NCBI GenBank assembly: GCA_019057815.1
Contig: JAHLWR010000005.1
Span: 130,829 to 194,828 of the forward strand
Source: Candidatus Heimdallarchaeota archaeon
GTDB taxonomy: Archaea; Asgardarchaeota; Heimdallarchaeia; Heimdallarchaeales; Heimdallarchaeaceae
Direction of reading: 5' to 3'
Length of the DNA stretch: 64,000 bases
Under the pieces are notes generated by a model. It worked only from the letters and a program-made list of their open reading frames with translations, was not told the origin of the DNA and did no database searches. A program made the position numbers and the translations under genes. This document shows, piece by piece, positions 1 through 10,519 of this stretch; position 1 is the first letter of the stretch, and every line of letters begins with the position of its first letter.

Positions 1-207
1 AATTTCAGTTGGTACATCTCTAGCAATTTTTATCCCTCGCCATTGTTCAGTACCGTTTTTTCTTATTGTCCAGTAAATTTCAAAAGGTAATGTCCAATAA
101 TGTGCATTCAATTCATATAATTTATCACAGATTTTTTTCATAAACTGTATAGCTTCTTCTTTCCATCTTTTGGTTTCTAAATAACTGTTTTTTCTCTTTT
201 CGATCAT
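1..207 (-). CDS. Hypothetical protein, partial (runs off the window edge)
   Basis: ATG at 207 directly follows the stop of 208..648; frame open to the edge (MIEKRKNSYLETKRWKEEAIQFMKKICDKLYELNAHYW...). Confidence 0.55.
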   Translation of the reverse strand, partial: MIEKRKNSYLETKRWKEEAIQFMKKICDKLYELNAHYWTLPFEIYWTIRKNGTEQWRGIKIARDVPTEI

Positions 208-648
208 TTATTTACCACCTTCCACTACTTCTAATGTTTTCATATTTTTGATGCAGTTCTCCAACTGTTTGATTACTTCCAGTTGAATATCCTTCAGTGG
301 ATGAATGGGAATACTTGTTCCTTTCGTTCCTCCTGTGAATATCGAGATGGTTTCACTGGTTATTGCAAACAAAACAAAATACGGATAGCATAGCACTATG
401 TGTAAAACTGTCCATTGTATCGTCCCATCCGTTCTGTTTTTTTTCATCCCAATTATTCGTGGTGAAAGAATACTATACCATATTTTATCATCGTCTACAA
501 AGTCTCGTTTAACTAACTCTCTTCCGATTCTATGTATCAATCCTAATATTTCTTCTCTTCTCTTCTTTATACTTCGTATCTGTTCTAATGTTTCCTCTCT
601 TTTTTCTCCTGTATTTTTGAAAATTGGTTTATCGCTTTCTTCCTTCAT
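208..648 (-). CDS. Hypothetical protein (146 aa)
   Basis: ORF track; tightly coupled to the downstream ORF. Confidence 0.6.
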   Translation of the reverse strand: MKEESDKPIFKNTGEKREETLEQIRSIKKRREEILGLIHRIGRELVKRDFVDDDKIWYSILSPRIIGMKKNRTDGTIQWTVLHIVLCYPYFVLFAITSETISIFTGGTKGTSIPIHPLKDIQLEVIKQLENCIKNMKTLEVVEGGK

Positions 649-1088
649 TTAATCAGCTCTATCCATATTTCCTTTCGCTTGAAAATGTTTTTGATAATCC
701 TTTTTAGAGAAAAATACTTGTGATAAGATGAATGAAAGGTCGGCAGAAATGAGGAAGGGTTTTTTTTCTCCTCATCTTACCTAATTTTTCACTCTTAAAC
801 TTCTCTAGCTTGTGAACACACCGCATAAAGCCATTTACATTCAGAGAGTACTCCAAATTTGTTAGGGGTTCAATTACCATTCTTTACAACCTTTTTTCAT
901 ATTTCATCAGTATTTGTAAGTTATTTCATATATATTTTTGTATATATAATTAATTATATTTAAACTTTATTATTTTCAAATTTATTTAATATATTCTAAT
1001 TAATAATGCTCATAGACACTTACTTATCCTTATCTTTAAATAATTTTTAACCTATATACTTAATAAAGAGTAAAAACGTTGAAGAGTA

Positions 1089-1268
1089 ATGAATGATGAA
1101 GAAGCAATGGATTTAAAAGAAGTTGTGACAGTCTTTAAAAGCGGCGGTGGGGAAGTGGTTATTATTCCTGCAAAGGTTCGTAAAGAATTAAAAATTAAAA
1201 ATGGTGATCGATTCGCATTATATGTTCATAAAGAAACGAAGGATATTGTATTAAGAAAACTAAATTAA
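1089..1268 (+). CDS. AbrB/MazE/SpoVT-family DNA-binding protein (59 aa, not in ORF track)
   Basis: Manual translation MNDEEAMDLKEVVTVFKSGGGEVVIIPAKVRKELKIKNGDRFALYVHKETKDIVLRKLN; classic IP.kVR.eLkIk.GD motif. Confidence 0.85.
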   Translation: MNDEEAMDLKEVVTVFKSGGGEVVIIPAKVRKELKIKNGDRFALYVHKETKDIVLRKLN

Positions 1269-1429
1269 TTTTTGAAAAGTAAACATGAATAAAGGAGAAG
1301 AAAAAATAATTTAAACATTTTTAGTGTCTCAAGTAGATGTTAATCAGAATGCAAATTTTAAAGCATCTAGAAAAATTGAAAAAAACAAAAATCTTCTTCC
1401 GAAATATTGAAAAAATTGGATGAACTATT

Positions 1430-3625
1430 ATGAACTCTAAAACAGTTGTAATATCTAAAGAGTCTGATATTAAAAATATATCTGAAGTTAAAGGAATTCT
1501 GCATTTAATAATTCATCTAACTGATTATTCAAACCTTCACGAATTTCTATCAAATGAATGGAAAATCAAAGAACAAGAATTTCATAATAGATCTTATTCC
1601 TTTTTCTTGTTTATCATTATAGATAAGCTTTGCAGAACAATATCAGAGTTGCCTGAATTAACAGATTTTGAATATGATTATAAGTTATATAGAGGATTAC
1701 AGACTAGTAATCATTTTTCAGTGATAGTTACAACTACAAGAAAAAGTAGAATTTGTTATGAGATTTTCAGAAAGACTGTTGAAATTGTACAAACAAACAA
1801 TGAATTGAAAGACATGGTAAATAAGCTAAATGTTTTCTATAAATCTATTAGTTCAGCATTTGAAATTTTTACTAACAACACTATTGAATCAAATTTATTC
1901 TCAATTAGTAATTACATTGAAAATTTACTAAATCCTATTGATTTACCTTTACAAGCAAATGTTGAATTCATTTCTATTTCAAGACATTTCTTTGAAGACT
2001 TTTATGATTACTTAGAATATTTCAAAAATCACAAAGGTGAATGGATATCGTCAAATGGCTTCTTTGCAGCATTAATCAATTCTTATAAATTTCTTCTTGG
2101 AGATTATGTTTTTGAAAAATATAAAGAAATTCTTTTGATAGATGAACTTCCTTTCATTGATTTTTCTCCTGAAAAAAATGGTTTCTTCCCAAATTTCATT
2201 GGGACTGACATTAATGATCAGAACACTAAAACTAGTGGTGGTTCTATTTTCATAACTCAGAGTGGGATATTGCCAATATTCAGAAAGACACATGAAAAGC
2301 TATCAGAATTATATCATTTAATTTTCAAAATATCCCATTCCCATCTGTATAAAAAGTATTGTTCAAAGAAATACGAATCAATTACTATAGATTATCAGCA
2401 AATTGAGAAACTGATAAAGGAGATAGATAATTTTCCCAATTATAAAGAGCGATTTAGCTTAGAGAAGTTATTTGATTATAACAAGTTTTTTTCTATAGAT
2501 TTACATAATTCAATTCAAACTGGTTTAATGTTCCAAATTTTATTTAACGGACTTACTGCTTTTTGTAAAGAGTATGGAATGGATTCAAATATGATTATAA
2601 TTGAATCAGATGAAAATAATGATTATAAATTTAAATTCGATAAAATAGGAAACATCGTACATGTTCCTAAAAGCTCTGATTATCATATTACATCAGAAAA
2701 AAGATTGAAACAAATCTGTTATGAGAAATCAAACTTTGAGAAAATCAATACAAATAACACAGATACTAAAATCTTTGATAATAGAAAATATGGATTTTTT
2801 AGAGAGGTTAAAACTTATGGTACATCTGGAAATGATTATACTTTTTGGTTAGGTTCATTCTTTTATGGGTCAATAGATAATACAGCTGAAACAGAGAACC
2901 TAGAATTCTTGGTAAATGAAATTAGAAGAAATAGGAACATATATAGAATAGACCATTATATCCTTGATTTCTCTTTTTTCATTTATCTCATGAGACATTT
3001 CATAAATATTCCAATACTTGAGCCTTATAGAACTGATCCTTTTAACCTCTTTTTTGATTCTGTTGATGATATTGAGGATCAAATAAAAATAAATAAATTT
3101 CAATCCTCCTATTCGGTTTTCTTAGAATCTTTTCAAAAAGAAAATTTAGACAATAAAACAAAAAAGAATGCTTTAGAAAATCTTACGAAAGATCTATTTA
3201 ATATGTCTAAACAATTTGAGGTATTGAAAGTCAATTTTCTTGATAGTGCTGAAGAAATAGATTTGATTGTAGAAACTAAACCTTTAATTCCTGATCTATC
3301 GGAAATCTTAGGTAAAATATTTCTTGTTGAATGTAAAAATATGAACTCCAAAATAACTCCAAAGCAGATCAGGGATTTTGGAAGTAAACTGCCAAAATAT
3401 ACCATTAAAACAGGAATTATTGTTGCTCGTAAGAGTACAACAGGCAAAAATCAGGATAAAGGTGCAAAAAGAGAAATAAGAGATCTGATAAATAGAGGAC
3501 ATCTTATTCTTATTCTCGATAAGAATGATTTGGAAGATATTTCTAAAGGTAGAAGTGTTTCTACTATTTTGTTTAGATCTTTTTGTCGTATGTACTTCAA
3601 GGGATTAAAAACAATTCTGAAGTAA
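1430..3625 (+). CDS. Large protein with C-terminal Mrr-like PD-(D/E)xK restriction endonuclease domain
   Basis: EEIDLIV...FLVECKN...ITPKQIRDF..KL...GIIVAR motif at the C-terminus. Confidence 0.75.
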   Translation: MNSKTVVISKESDIKNISEVKGILHLIIHLTDYSNLHEFLSNEWKIKEQEFHNRSYSFFLFIIIDKLCRTISELPELTDFEYDYKLYRGLQTSNHFSVIVTTTRKSRICYEIFRKTVEIVQTNNELKDMVNKLNVFYKSISSAFEIFTNNTIESNLFSISNYIENLLNPIDLPLQANVEFISISRHFFEDFYDYLEYFKNHKGEWISSNGFFAALINSYKFLLGDYVFEKYKEILLIDELPFIDFSPEKNGFFPNFIGTDINDQNTKTSGGSIFITQSGILPIFRKTHEKLSELYHLIFKISHSHLYKKYCSKKYESITIDYQQIEKLIKEIDNFPNYKERFSLEKLFDYNKFFSIDLHNSIQTGLMFQILFNGLTAFCKEYGMDSNMIIIESDENNDYKFKFDKIGNIVHVPKSSDYHITSEKRLKQICYEKSNFEKINTNNTDTKIFDNRKYGFFREVKTYGTSGNDYTFWLGSFFYGSIDNTAETENLEFLVNEIRRNRNIYRIDHYILDFSFFIYLMRHFINIPILEPYRTDPFNLFFDSVDDIEDQIKINKFQSSYSVFLESFQKENLDNKTKKNALENLTKDLFNMSKQFEVLKVNFLDSAEEIDLIVETKPLIPDLSEILGKIFLVECKNMNSKITPKQIRDFGSKLPKYTIKTGIIVARKSTTGKNQDKGAKREIRDLINRGHLILILDKNDLEDISKGRSVSTILFRSFCRMYFKGLKTILK

Positions 3626-3801
3626 GATTCATGTTCACATTATTTTGCATTAAAGTGCAATTCATATCATCTTCTAATTAGGATGATTATTTTATAAGAA
3701 GTAAAATTTGTTGATTTATGGGAAAATAATCAATAGAGTGAATTTTTTATATAAATTAACTAAGTTAATATAAGATTTTTTAATGGATAACATAGATAAT
3801 A

Positions 3802-3876
3802 ATGGATAGATCAAAAGATTGGTTAACTCATGCAGAACGCGTTTTAGAGTAAGCATAGTGGAGTTTAAAAGGAGAA
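3802..3876 (+). pseudogene. Decayed 5' fragment of a HEPN-domain gene
   Basis: Translates MDRSKDWLTHAERVLE*A*WSLKGE, resembling the archaeal HEPN N-terminus (W...AerDLe.A..sl..g), with two in-frame stops. Confidence 0.5.
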
Positions 3877-3964
3877 GAGGGAATTAAATCGATACTTGAA
3901 GAAATAAAAAAGTATGAGAATGAAATGAATGAAGAATAGTTTCCACAGGAAATATAGGTGTTTC

Positions 3965-4285
3965 TTAAGGGTTTGTTTCTTCAAATTTTACTATATATTT
4001 TTCTCCCCTTAATTCACTGAGTTCGTGTGATAACTCCTTTTCCAGTAGTTTTTTTATTGCATCTCTGATTATAACTGAACGATCACAGTCTTCCTCTAAT
4101 GCAATACAATCTAACTCTTCTCTTTGAAGTACAGGTAGTTTACATGTAATTAAACTCTTTTTACCTTTTAAACCGAGAATGATTACTTTTTCTTGATCAG
4201 GTCTTTTTATGTAATCTTTACTACCTTCTTTTCTTCTTCGATGTTTTGTATTGTTTTCTTCAAACTGAGATGATTTCTGATTCAT
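3965..4285 (-). CDS. Ribbon-helix-helix (CopG-like) protein
   Basis: ITCKLP...EELDCIA....DRSVIIRDAIKKLL RHH pattern. Confidence 0.7.
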   Translation of the reverse strand: MNQKSSQFEENNTKHRRRKEGSKDYIKRPDQEKVIILGLKGKKSLITCKLPVLQREELDCIALEEDCDRSVIIRDAIKKLLEKELSHELSELRGEKYIVKFEETNP

Positions 4286-4487
4286 CTACTTTCCTCAATA
4301 TGCCTATTTTATATTAATACAAAACTTCTGTATTTAAACGAAACAAATTACAAAAATAAAAAAATAAATTCACTAAAACAGTAGAAAGAATGCTAAGAAA
4401 TATTGAATAGAAAACATATTAGTATAAGAATAATGAGCTAATATTAATATTTATTAAAATAATCGGAAAAAAATTGTTTAATTCTTT

Positions 4488-5003
4488 TTAGAATTTGAGA
4501 ATTTCAGCTTCCTCGAATATTTCAATGGCTTCATTTACATGTTTTTTATTAAAGTGTGGTTTCAAGGTCATAACCTTATCTCTAATTTCGCTACGATTCT
4601 TAAATATTTTTGAAAAATATAGTACTGTACTTAACAATTCTAAATCTCTTACATTTGCTACGCTAATCAAAGAACTTACTTTATCAATCTTACTAATATT
4701 AATTTTTCCCTTTTCAGCATCGAATAATCTTTTCCCAGCCTGAGTCAATTCTATTTTGTAACCCATATTTTCATTAAGATAAGAAACTTCTATCATGTTA
4801 ACATTGTCTAAAACATCTACTAAATTAGTTAATTCTTGTGAATATGGTCCGTAAAAATGTATCTTATATGCAAAATCAAGAGCTTTACCTAAGCCTTCTT
4901 GAAGTAAGTAAATTCCCTTTTGAATGTATGTTTTACCAACAGGTTGCTCTGCTTTGTCAATTATTCCTAATAAATAAATTATTTTTTTCATACTATTAGT
5001 CAT
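4488..5003 (-). CDS. YwgA-like winged-helix protein (Panacea/SocA-related), copy 1
   Basis: GKTYIQKGIYLLQ...YKIHFYGPYSQEL...LELLSTVLYF; start moved to the ATG at 5003 behind a GGTGA SD-like sequence. Confidence 0.75.
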   Translation of the reverse strand: MTNSMKKIIYLLGIIDKAEQPVGKTYIQKGIYLLQEGLGKALDFAYKIHFYGPYSQELTNLVDVLDNVNMIEVSYLNENMGYKIELTQAGKRLFDAEKGKINISKIDKVSSLISVANVRDLELLSTVLYFSKIFKNRSEIRDKVMTLKPHFNKKHVNEAIEIFEEAEILKF

Positions 5004-5133
5004 TTTGTCACCTGATTTAACATTCACATAATACATACTATGCGTTGAACACACCTAATATATACTTATATGCATATATGTAATATACTAGATTGTTTTG
5101 AATATTTAAACACTTTGAATACTTTGAACACTT

Positions 5134-6426
5134 TTATTCATTTTTATTAAAAATAGATTGATAAATAGCTCTTTTATCTTGTATGTATTTTTTGGAGAAT
5201 GAAGCAATCTCCTCTACCTTTTCTGATAGAGCATATAATCTTCTAATCATCAGATTTTCTAGTGAATTAACTAATTTTGAAACTTGTCGTATTGGTCGTA
5301 TTTCGCCATTCATTTCAACATTAATGGTAGATGATTTAATGGGTTCAGTCTCTTCATCAAAGTAGAATCTTTCTGGATATTTATCATTTAATTTCTCAAT
5401 CAATCCATCCCAGATAATAAGATCAGCTCTATTAAAATAGATGTTATCATCAACAGGTACCAATTTATAGAATTTTCTCTTCAAAAATATATCTCGATAA
5501 CGTGATTCTGGAAGAAAATTTATTATTTGCGCATCTGTAATCTTTACAAATTCATCTACATTATCTGGATAATATCCATCACCTATTTCTTTTTCTAAAT
5601 ATGATTTAATTAAATGAGACAAGTGATAGTCAAGGATTCTTCTATTTTTATGTAAATAAACTTCAGAATACATTAAATACCTAGCAATAACAAACTGCTC
5701 TAAAGCTCGAATACCCCCACTTTCCCAGTAGACAGGAGTACCGCCTATTTGTTTATCAAATGTTTGAATATCGACTTCTTTGTCTTTTTCGTAACGAAAT
5801 GTCTCCAGAATTCTTTCCAAATCAAACTTACCATACATTACACCTAAAGTATATGAATCCCTGAGTAAATAGTCTATTCTATCTATTCCAACATGTCCAG
5901 TTAGTAAATCATGTAGCAAAGTATCATTTGGTGTTATAGGTTCATTGCTTCCTCCCATAATGAAAGAAATTTTTTTAAGTACATTTTTATTAGAATATCT
6001 GTTTAAGATATCCTTGATTTCACCTTGTTCTTGGATTATTTTTGCCCCCATAATATCATGATTTTTAACATTTTTAAATAGGGGTTTTCCTTCGAATCTT
6101 TCACCAGCATGAGAAAAGGGAGTATGACCAATATCATGGAGCAGTGATGCAAGTTTAAAAGATTCTTCATCTTCTTCCGTTAGATTATGACATCCTTCTT
6201 CTTTCAGTCTCTTAAGAATTTTTTTTGATAAGTGAAACACCCCTAAGGAATGTTCAAATCGTGAATGGCTTGCAGAAGGATAGACCCAAAAGCTATTACC
6301 TAGTTGACGAATGAATCTTAATCTTTGGAAAGGAAGAGTTTGTATTAGTTCCTTTTCTATTTCATCTAATGAAATAAAACCATAGATAGGATCTCGAATG
6401 TTTAGTTTCTCTTCGCTTCTTTTCAT
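5134..6426 (-). CDS. HD-domain phosphohydrolase, SAMHD1/YwfO-like dNTP triphosphohydrolase, copy 1
   Basis: IRDPIYG, FQRLRFIRQLG, HSRFEHSLG, LLHDIGH, DRIDYLLRD, YSEVYLHK. Confidence 0.9.
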   Translation of the reverse strand: MKRSEEKLNIRDPIYGFISLDEIEKELIQTLPFQRLRFIRQLGNSFWVYPSASHSRFEHSLGVFHLSKKILKRLKEEGCHNLTEEDEESFKLASLLHDIGHTPFSHAGERFEGKPLFKNVKNHDIMGAKIIQEQGEIKDILNRYSNKNVLKKISFIMGGSNEPITPNDTLLHDLLTGHVGIDRIDYLLRDSYTLGVMYGKFDLERILETFRYEKDKEVDIQTFDKQIGGTPVYWESGGIRALEQFVIARYLMYSEVYLHKNRRILDYHLSHLIKSYLEKEIGDGYYPDNVDEFVKITDAQIINFLPESRYRDIFLKRKFYKLVPVDDNIYFNRADLIIWDGLIEKLNDKYPERFYFDEETEPIKSSTINVEMNGEIRPIRQVSKLVNSLENLMIRRLYALSEKVEEIASFSKKYIQDKRAIYQSIFNKNE

Positions 6427-6586
6427 TTTTTCACTACTCTAATTATTAATTGTCTTTTCATCTAATAATTGACTAAGTTTATTCATACTCTTAGTGTAAA
6501 CTTGTGCATATATTAGCAGTATACCTTAAAAATATATAGATAAGAATAATCATAACTCATCTTTACTGGAAATAGCATTAGTTTTA

Positions 6587-7042
6587 TCACAAGCTAAAAA
6601 TTCCTTTAACTGTTTTAAGTAGAACCTTCACATCCTCTTTAAATCTTATAATTTGATTTAATATATCTAAATCAGCCTTGTATGTTTTTGATTCGTCTTG
6701 TATATTGTTGAGATGTATTACTGAACTTTTGTAACCCTCTATGACTCCACTTAAATTTCCATTCTGAACAGCTTTTATCATTATGTCCATGTTTGCTAAA
6801 ACAGAATATATTTCATCATTAATAGCATCTGGTTGTTTATATTCAGTGTAATATAATTGCTTAGAAATATTATGAGCATCAGTTTCTAGTTCTTCTTGAT
6901 TTATTTGAAGGAGAGAAAAATAAAACGGATCATGTTTGAAATCCCCAAAATCAAGATTTTTATCAAATTCATATAAGTCGTTTTCATTAGATGTTTTTCT
7001 TATCTCTTTTTCTATCCACCTATTAAACTCGTCTAAACCCAT
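6587..7042 (-). CDS. Hypothetical protein (151 aa)
   Basis: ORF track; its 5' end and upstream region are duplicated at ~9742-9860. Confidence 0.6.
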   Translation of the reverse strand: MGLDEFNRWIEKEIRKTSNENDLYEFDKNLDFGDFKHDPFYFSLLQINQEELETDAHNISKQLYYTEYKQPDAINDEIYSVLANMDIMIKAVQNGNLSGVIEGYKSSVIHLNNIQDESKTYKADLDILNQIIRFKEDVKVLLKTVKGIFSL

Positions 7043-7104
7043 CCTAGTTGATAATGTTTACTTTCATTTAAGTAGTTGACAAAAAGAGTGGTAGTGGATT
7101 GAAA
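6987..7104. repeat. ~120 bp direct repeat, copy A (5' end and upstream region of 6587..7042)
   Basis: ttagatgtttttcttatctctttttct...aaactcgtcta...tactttcatttaagtagttga...attgaaag matches 9742..9859. Confidence 0.85.
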
Positions 7105-7553
7105 GCAATATCAATTACTACAAAAACAAAAATAATAATGCGGATGTGAAACAATAAAGAAAGCTTCAATATTAAATAAGATATTTATCATCTAAAGGCT
7201 TTGAGCTAATTCTTTATCTGAAGGTTATTAAATCATAGCTATTACTCTTCTTCCTCCTCTTCTACGTGAACTTTAATATTCTCCTCTTTGAAAGTAACTT
7301 TTGCCACATTTCATATATTTGTAACCTTGTTCAAGTTCTATTTCTGCATGGATTTTAGTTATAATTTTAAGAGAAGAAGGACAGCTAGAATAAGCTAATA
7401 ACGCCTTTAACAAAATAGAAAAATTAGAAAAGAATGAAAACTAATTTTGTCAATTATTCAACAACATATATCCATCCTACTAATTCTAAATTCTTCATCT
7501 ACAACCAAACATTAAAACTTTCAACCACTATTGATAAGGGATAATATCGAATC

Positions 7554-8405
7554 ATGAATAATATTCACAAACTATTATTCGTAAACTTAACTGCTTTTAA
7601 TATGGAATCAGCTATCATTATTTCACTTTTTGCTCTTGCTATCGCTTTTTTAGGATTCTTCTTCCAGTATCTACACAAAGGAAAGCTTGTATTTGCTGAA
7701 CCGCACATTTATTATTTATATAAACGAGAATCAGAGTTTTTTATTACATTTCCAATCACAATAAAAAATACAGGATCCCATAGTGTAACAATTGATTATC
7801 TAGTGGGAGAGGTCGAAGGTACAAATAGCAAATACATATTCCATGTTGATAAGGATTTAACAGAAACAACCCCAAGACAAGAAAACGAAGATACACCCGA
7901 TTTTACAGGAATTGAAATAAATCCTAGGTCAAGCCATAAACGTCTAATCAGTTTTGTGTTTAATAAAACTCTACCTAAAGACAAATATATATTTGGTCTA
8001 AAAGCGCATATTAATGGTAGCAAATACATTTCTGAAGAACAGGTGATGTCTTTCTTTTTTGAAATAGATAGCGAAATAAAAAAAGAACTGGTGGAAGAAA
8101 GTTATCATACAGCACATTTCTATAGAGAGGTGGAATTAAAAGAAATGTCTAGAAACACAAGAATCTTTTATGGAATATCAACTTATGGTGTTTCATTGCT
8201 ATTTGGTGCTAGCTTGATATCAGCATTCATTTTTTTTGGAAGTTATCCTACATTAAAACTTGGTACTGTTTCTTTGGGAGCTTTCTTCGGCATAATATCA
8301 TTAGGATTATTGATAATAATGATAATTATTGGTAAATTAACTACAACTGACATGTATAATATTGTTACAAAAGATAGAAGAAAAAAGCATGGTGAAAAAA
8401 GATAA
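7554..8405 (+). CDS. Hypothetical membrane protein (N-terminal TM, beta-rich domain, 2 C-terminal TMs)
   Basis: Hydrophobic segments; true start may be the ATG at 7602. Confidence 0.65.
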   Translation: MNNIHKLLFVNLTAFNMESAIIISLFALAIAFLGFFFQYLHKGKLVFAEPHIYYLYKRESEFFITFPITIKNTGSHSVTIDYLVGEVEGTNSKYIFHVDKDLTETTPRQENEDTPDFTGIEINPRSSHKRLISFVFNKTLPKDKYIFGLKAHINGSKYISEEQVMSFFFEIDSEIKKELVEESYHTAHFYREVELKEMSRNTRIFYGISTYGVSLLFGASLISAFIFFGSYPTLKLGTVSLGAFFGIISLGLLIIMIIIGKLTTTDMYNIVTKDRRKKHGEKR

Positions 8406-8440
8406 TCAAAGAATTTTGTTTTCTTTTCTGAAGATATAAC

Positions 8441-9700
8441 TTAAATTAGAGATTTGAATCCTAGATTTCCAGCTAGGAATAGAACTAATGCGATGATAAT
8501 CGCTATTGTTGATGTTATTTCTTTTGTAGAGACTTTACTGTCTTCTTTTATCTCTTTTAAAATACGTCTGATAGCCGCATTATCTCTCGATTTTTCAATG
8601 ACTTCATTTTCCTTTTTTTTCACACTGATTGTTTCTACTATATACCCGAAATGTAATACTGCGGATATCACTATACCTCCTCCAGCATAATATTGTGCTA
8701 AAAGAAGTGAAAACCAAATATGTACAACAAAATAACTAGCTAAAGAAAAAAGGAGAGATATTGTAGCAGCGAAGAAAATGCCTGATTGACCAAAACAGTT
8801 TTCTGAGTATTCTTTAATGTATTTTTCAATATCTTCCATTTCAATTTCCAGTTCTTTATCCTTTAAATAATCTCTTCTACAACTCGTTTTACGCTTTTTA
8901 TCATCATTATCAAAAATAGAAATCAATACAAAAACACTAATTACTATCACTGTTGTAAGGAAAATTTTTAGAAATAGAAACGGTACAAGTGATACTTGAA
9001 TTGTTGTATAAAGATCCAAGTTATATTCTGATGAGGCATTTTCTTGATTAAAGTGAAAATTGGATAATTCGACCACAAATAAAGAGGAAGTAGTTTCAGA
9101 ATCTACATTAGGGCTTCTATAAGCTTGATAGGTTTCAGAACCATCAATTACTTTGAAATTTCCCACTATTAAAGTTAAAGACCTTGATGTTGAATTTTGC
9201 CAATCATTAGGTATTTTAATTAAAAATCCACTTGTACTTGATAAATATGAAGTAGCATGAGTTCTGTATAATCTAGATTCTTCATCCAACGAATTAGAAG
9301 TATAAATTTCTGTATCAGAATCAATTATTAATTGAGCAACCTCAAATTGGAAATAATCAAACAAAGAGTCTCTAAGAAAGAAGAAATCATAATATAGAGG
9401 TACAATTTTCGTTTTAAAAGAAACATATTCGTAACCATTTTGGGGTTTATTAAAACCAAAAAGATAAAACACTCTGACTAGAATTTTTTCATCTTTAGAG
9501 TATATGTTAAATGATCCAGTTATTGAATAATTATAGTCATTCAAATGATCATGATAAGGATTCTGAGTCGATTCTCGAATCGGAGTTGATACAATATAAG
9601 GAATGGCTATAACCCATAGTCCAAGAATGTTTAATAAAATTAGAAGAATAAGAAAAGAGCTTTTAGACCTTAAATTCTGAATTTTACTTTTAAAACCCAT
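8441..9700 (-). CDS. Hypothetical multi-pass membrane protein
   Basis: About 5 hydrophobic segments flanking a soluble domain. Confidence 0.65.
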   Translation of the reverse strand: MGFKSKIQNLRSKSSFLILLILLNILGLWVIAIPYIVSTPIRESTQNPYHDHLNDYNYSITGSFNIYSKDEKILVRVFYLFGFNKPQNGYEYVSFKTKIVPLYYDFFFLRDSLFDYFQFEVAQLIIDSDTEIYTSNSLDEESRLYRTHATSYLSSTSGFLIKIPNDWQNSTSRSLTLIVGNFKVIDGSETYQAYRSPNVDSETTSSLFVVELSNFHFNQENASSEYNLDLYTTIQVSLVPFLFLKIFLTTVIVISVFVLISIFDNDDKKRKTSCRRDYLKDKELEIEMEDIEKYIKEYSENCFGQSGIFFAATISLLFSLASYFVVHIWFSLLLAQYYAGGGIVISAVLHFGYIVETISVKKKENEVIEKSRDNAAIRRILKEIKEDSKVSTKEITSTIAIIIALVLFLAGNLGFKSLI

Positions 9701-9741
9701 AGTTATATCTATAATTCTTATAATTAAAAATGATTGTACTG

Positions 9742-9859
9742 TTAGATGTTTTTCTTATCTCTTTTTCTTTCCACTTACTAAACTCGTCTAGTACCATCTT
9801 AGTTTATAATATCTACTTTCATTTAAGTAGTTGATAAAAAAAGAGTAGTGAATTGAAAG
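9742..9859. repeat. ~120 bp direct repeat, copy B; includes a truncated paralog start (MVLDEFSKWKEKEIRKTSN, minus strand)
   Basis: Aligns with 6987..7104; compare MGLDEFNRWIEKEIRKTSN. Confidence 0.85.
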
Positions 9860-9880
9860 TAAACTGATTAAAGATTAAAT

Positions 9881-9989
9881 AAACATGTCCCAAAACTAGT
9901 CTGAGTAGACTAGAGCGCCTTTAAGGGAGAAAGAGCGTTTTAACGGAGAAAAGATGAAAAAAGCAAAAACCAAAGAGTCGAAGTAGTGA
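9881..9989 (+). repeat. ~110 bp inverted repeat, copy 1
   Basis: catgtcccaaaactagtctgagtagactagagc...gggagaaagagcgttttaac matches the reverse complement of 14577..14687. Confidence 0.85.
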
Positions 9990-10050
9990 GAATTAAGTGT
10001 AGTGAGAATTTAGAATTTGATTTTCTAAAAAATTTCGCTTTATAAGAAAT

Positions 10051-10503
10051 TCAAATATATTCAGAACAAATCTTTGAGAGAAATTCAGATGTAGTAAAAC
10101 ACTGAAATTTGCAGTCTCCTAATTCAAATAACTTAAAATCACTATCATTGCTTATAATAATATCTGCGTTTCCTCCGTGTGCACAATCTAAGTAAATCTG
10201 ATCATCCGGATCGTTTATTGTACATGGAGCAGTCATTGGATTAACATATTCAATCTGTCTATTTTGTTCTAAAGGTAAGATAAAACTACTTTTATAATGA
10301 AAATAGCCGTTTGCTATTCGTGAAAATAGATTTTCATAACATTTAGTAACTTCAGGTGTACAAATGACCTTCATCTCGTCCCATTTGTATAAAATACAGT
10401 TAAACACTTTGTAAGATTCATAAGCTTCTGTGTCAGGTTCTCTTGTAATAAAAAGTTTAAACAAGATGTTAATATCAAGAACAATTCTTGGCAAGCATTT
10501 CAC
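10051..10503 (-). CDS. PIN-domain ribonuclease / putative TA toxin (PIN_3-like)
   Basis: IVLDINIL...DPDDQIYLDCAHGGNADIIISNDSDF. Confidence 0.85.
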   Translation of the reverse strand: MKCLPRIVLDINILFKLFITREPDTEAYESYKVFNCILYKWDEMKVICTPEVTKCYENLFSRIANGYFHYKSSFILPLEQNRQIEYVNPMTAPCTINDPDDQIYLDCAHGGNADIIISNDSDFKLFELGDCKFQCFTTSEFLSKICSEYI

Positions 10504-10519
10504 TACCTTTCAAGTTCAT

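Noticed and set aside
7242-7340. Minus-strand acidic-tailed coding-like fragment (...KVHVEEEEEE*)
   Set aside because: Too short and broken to assign; probably a gene relic
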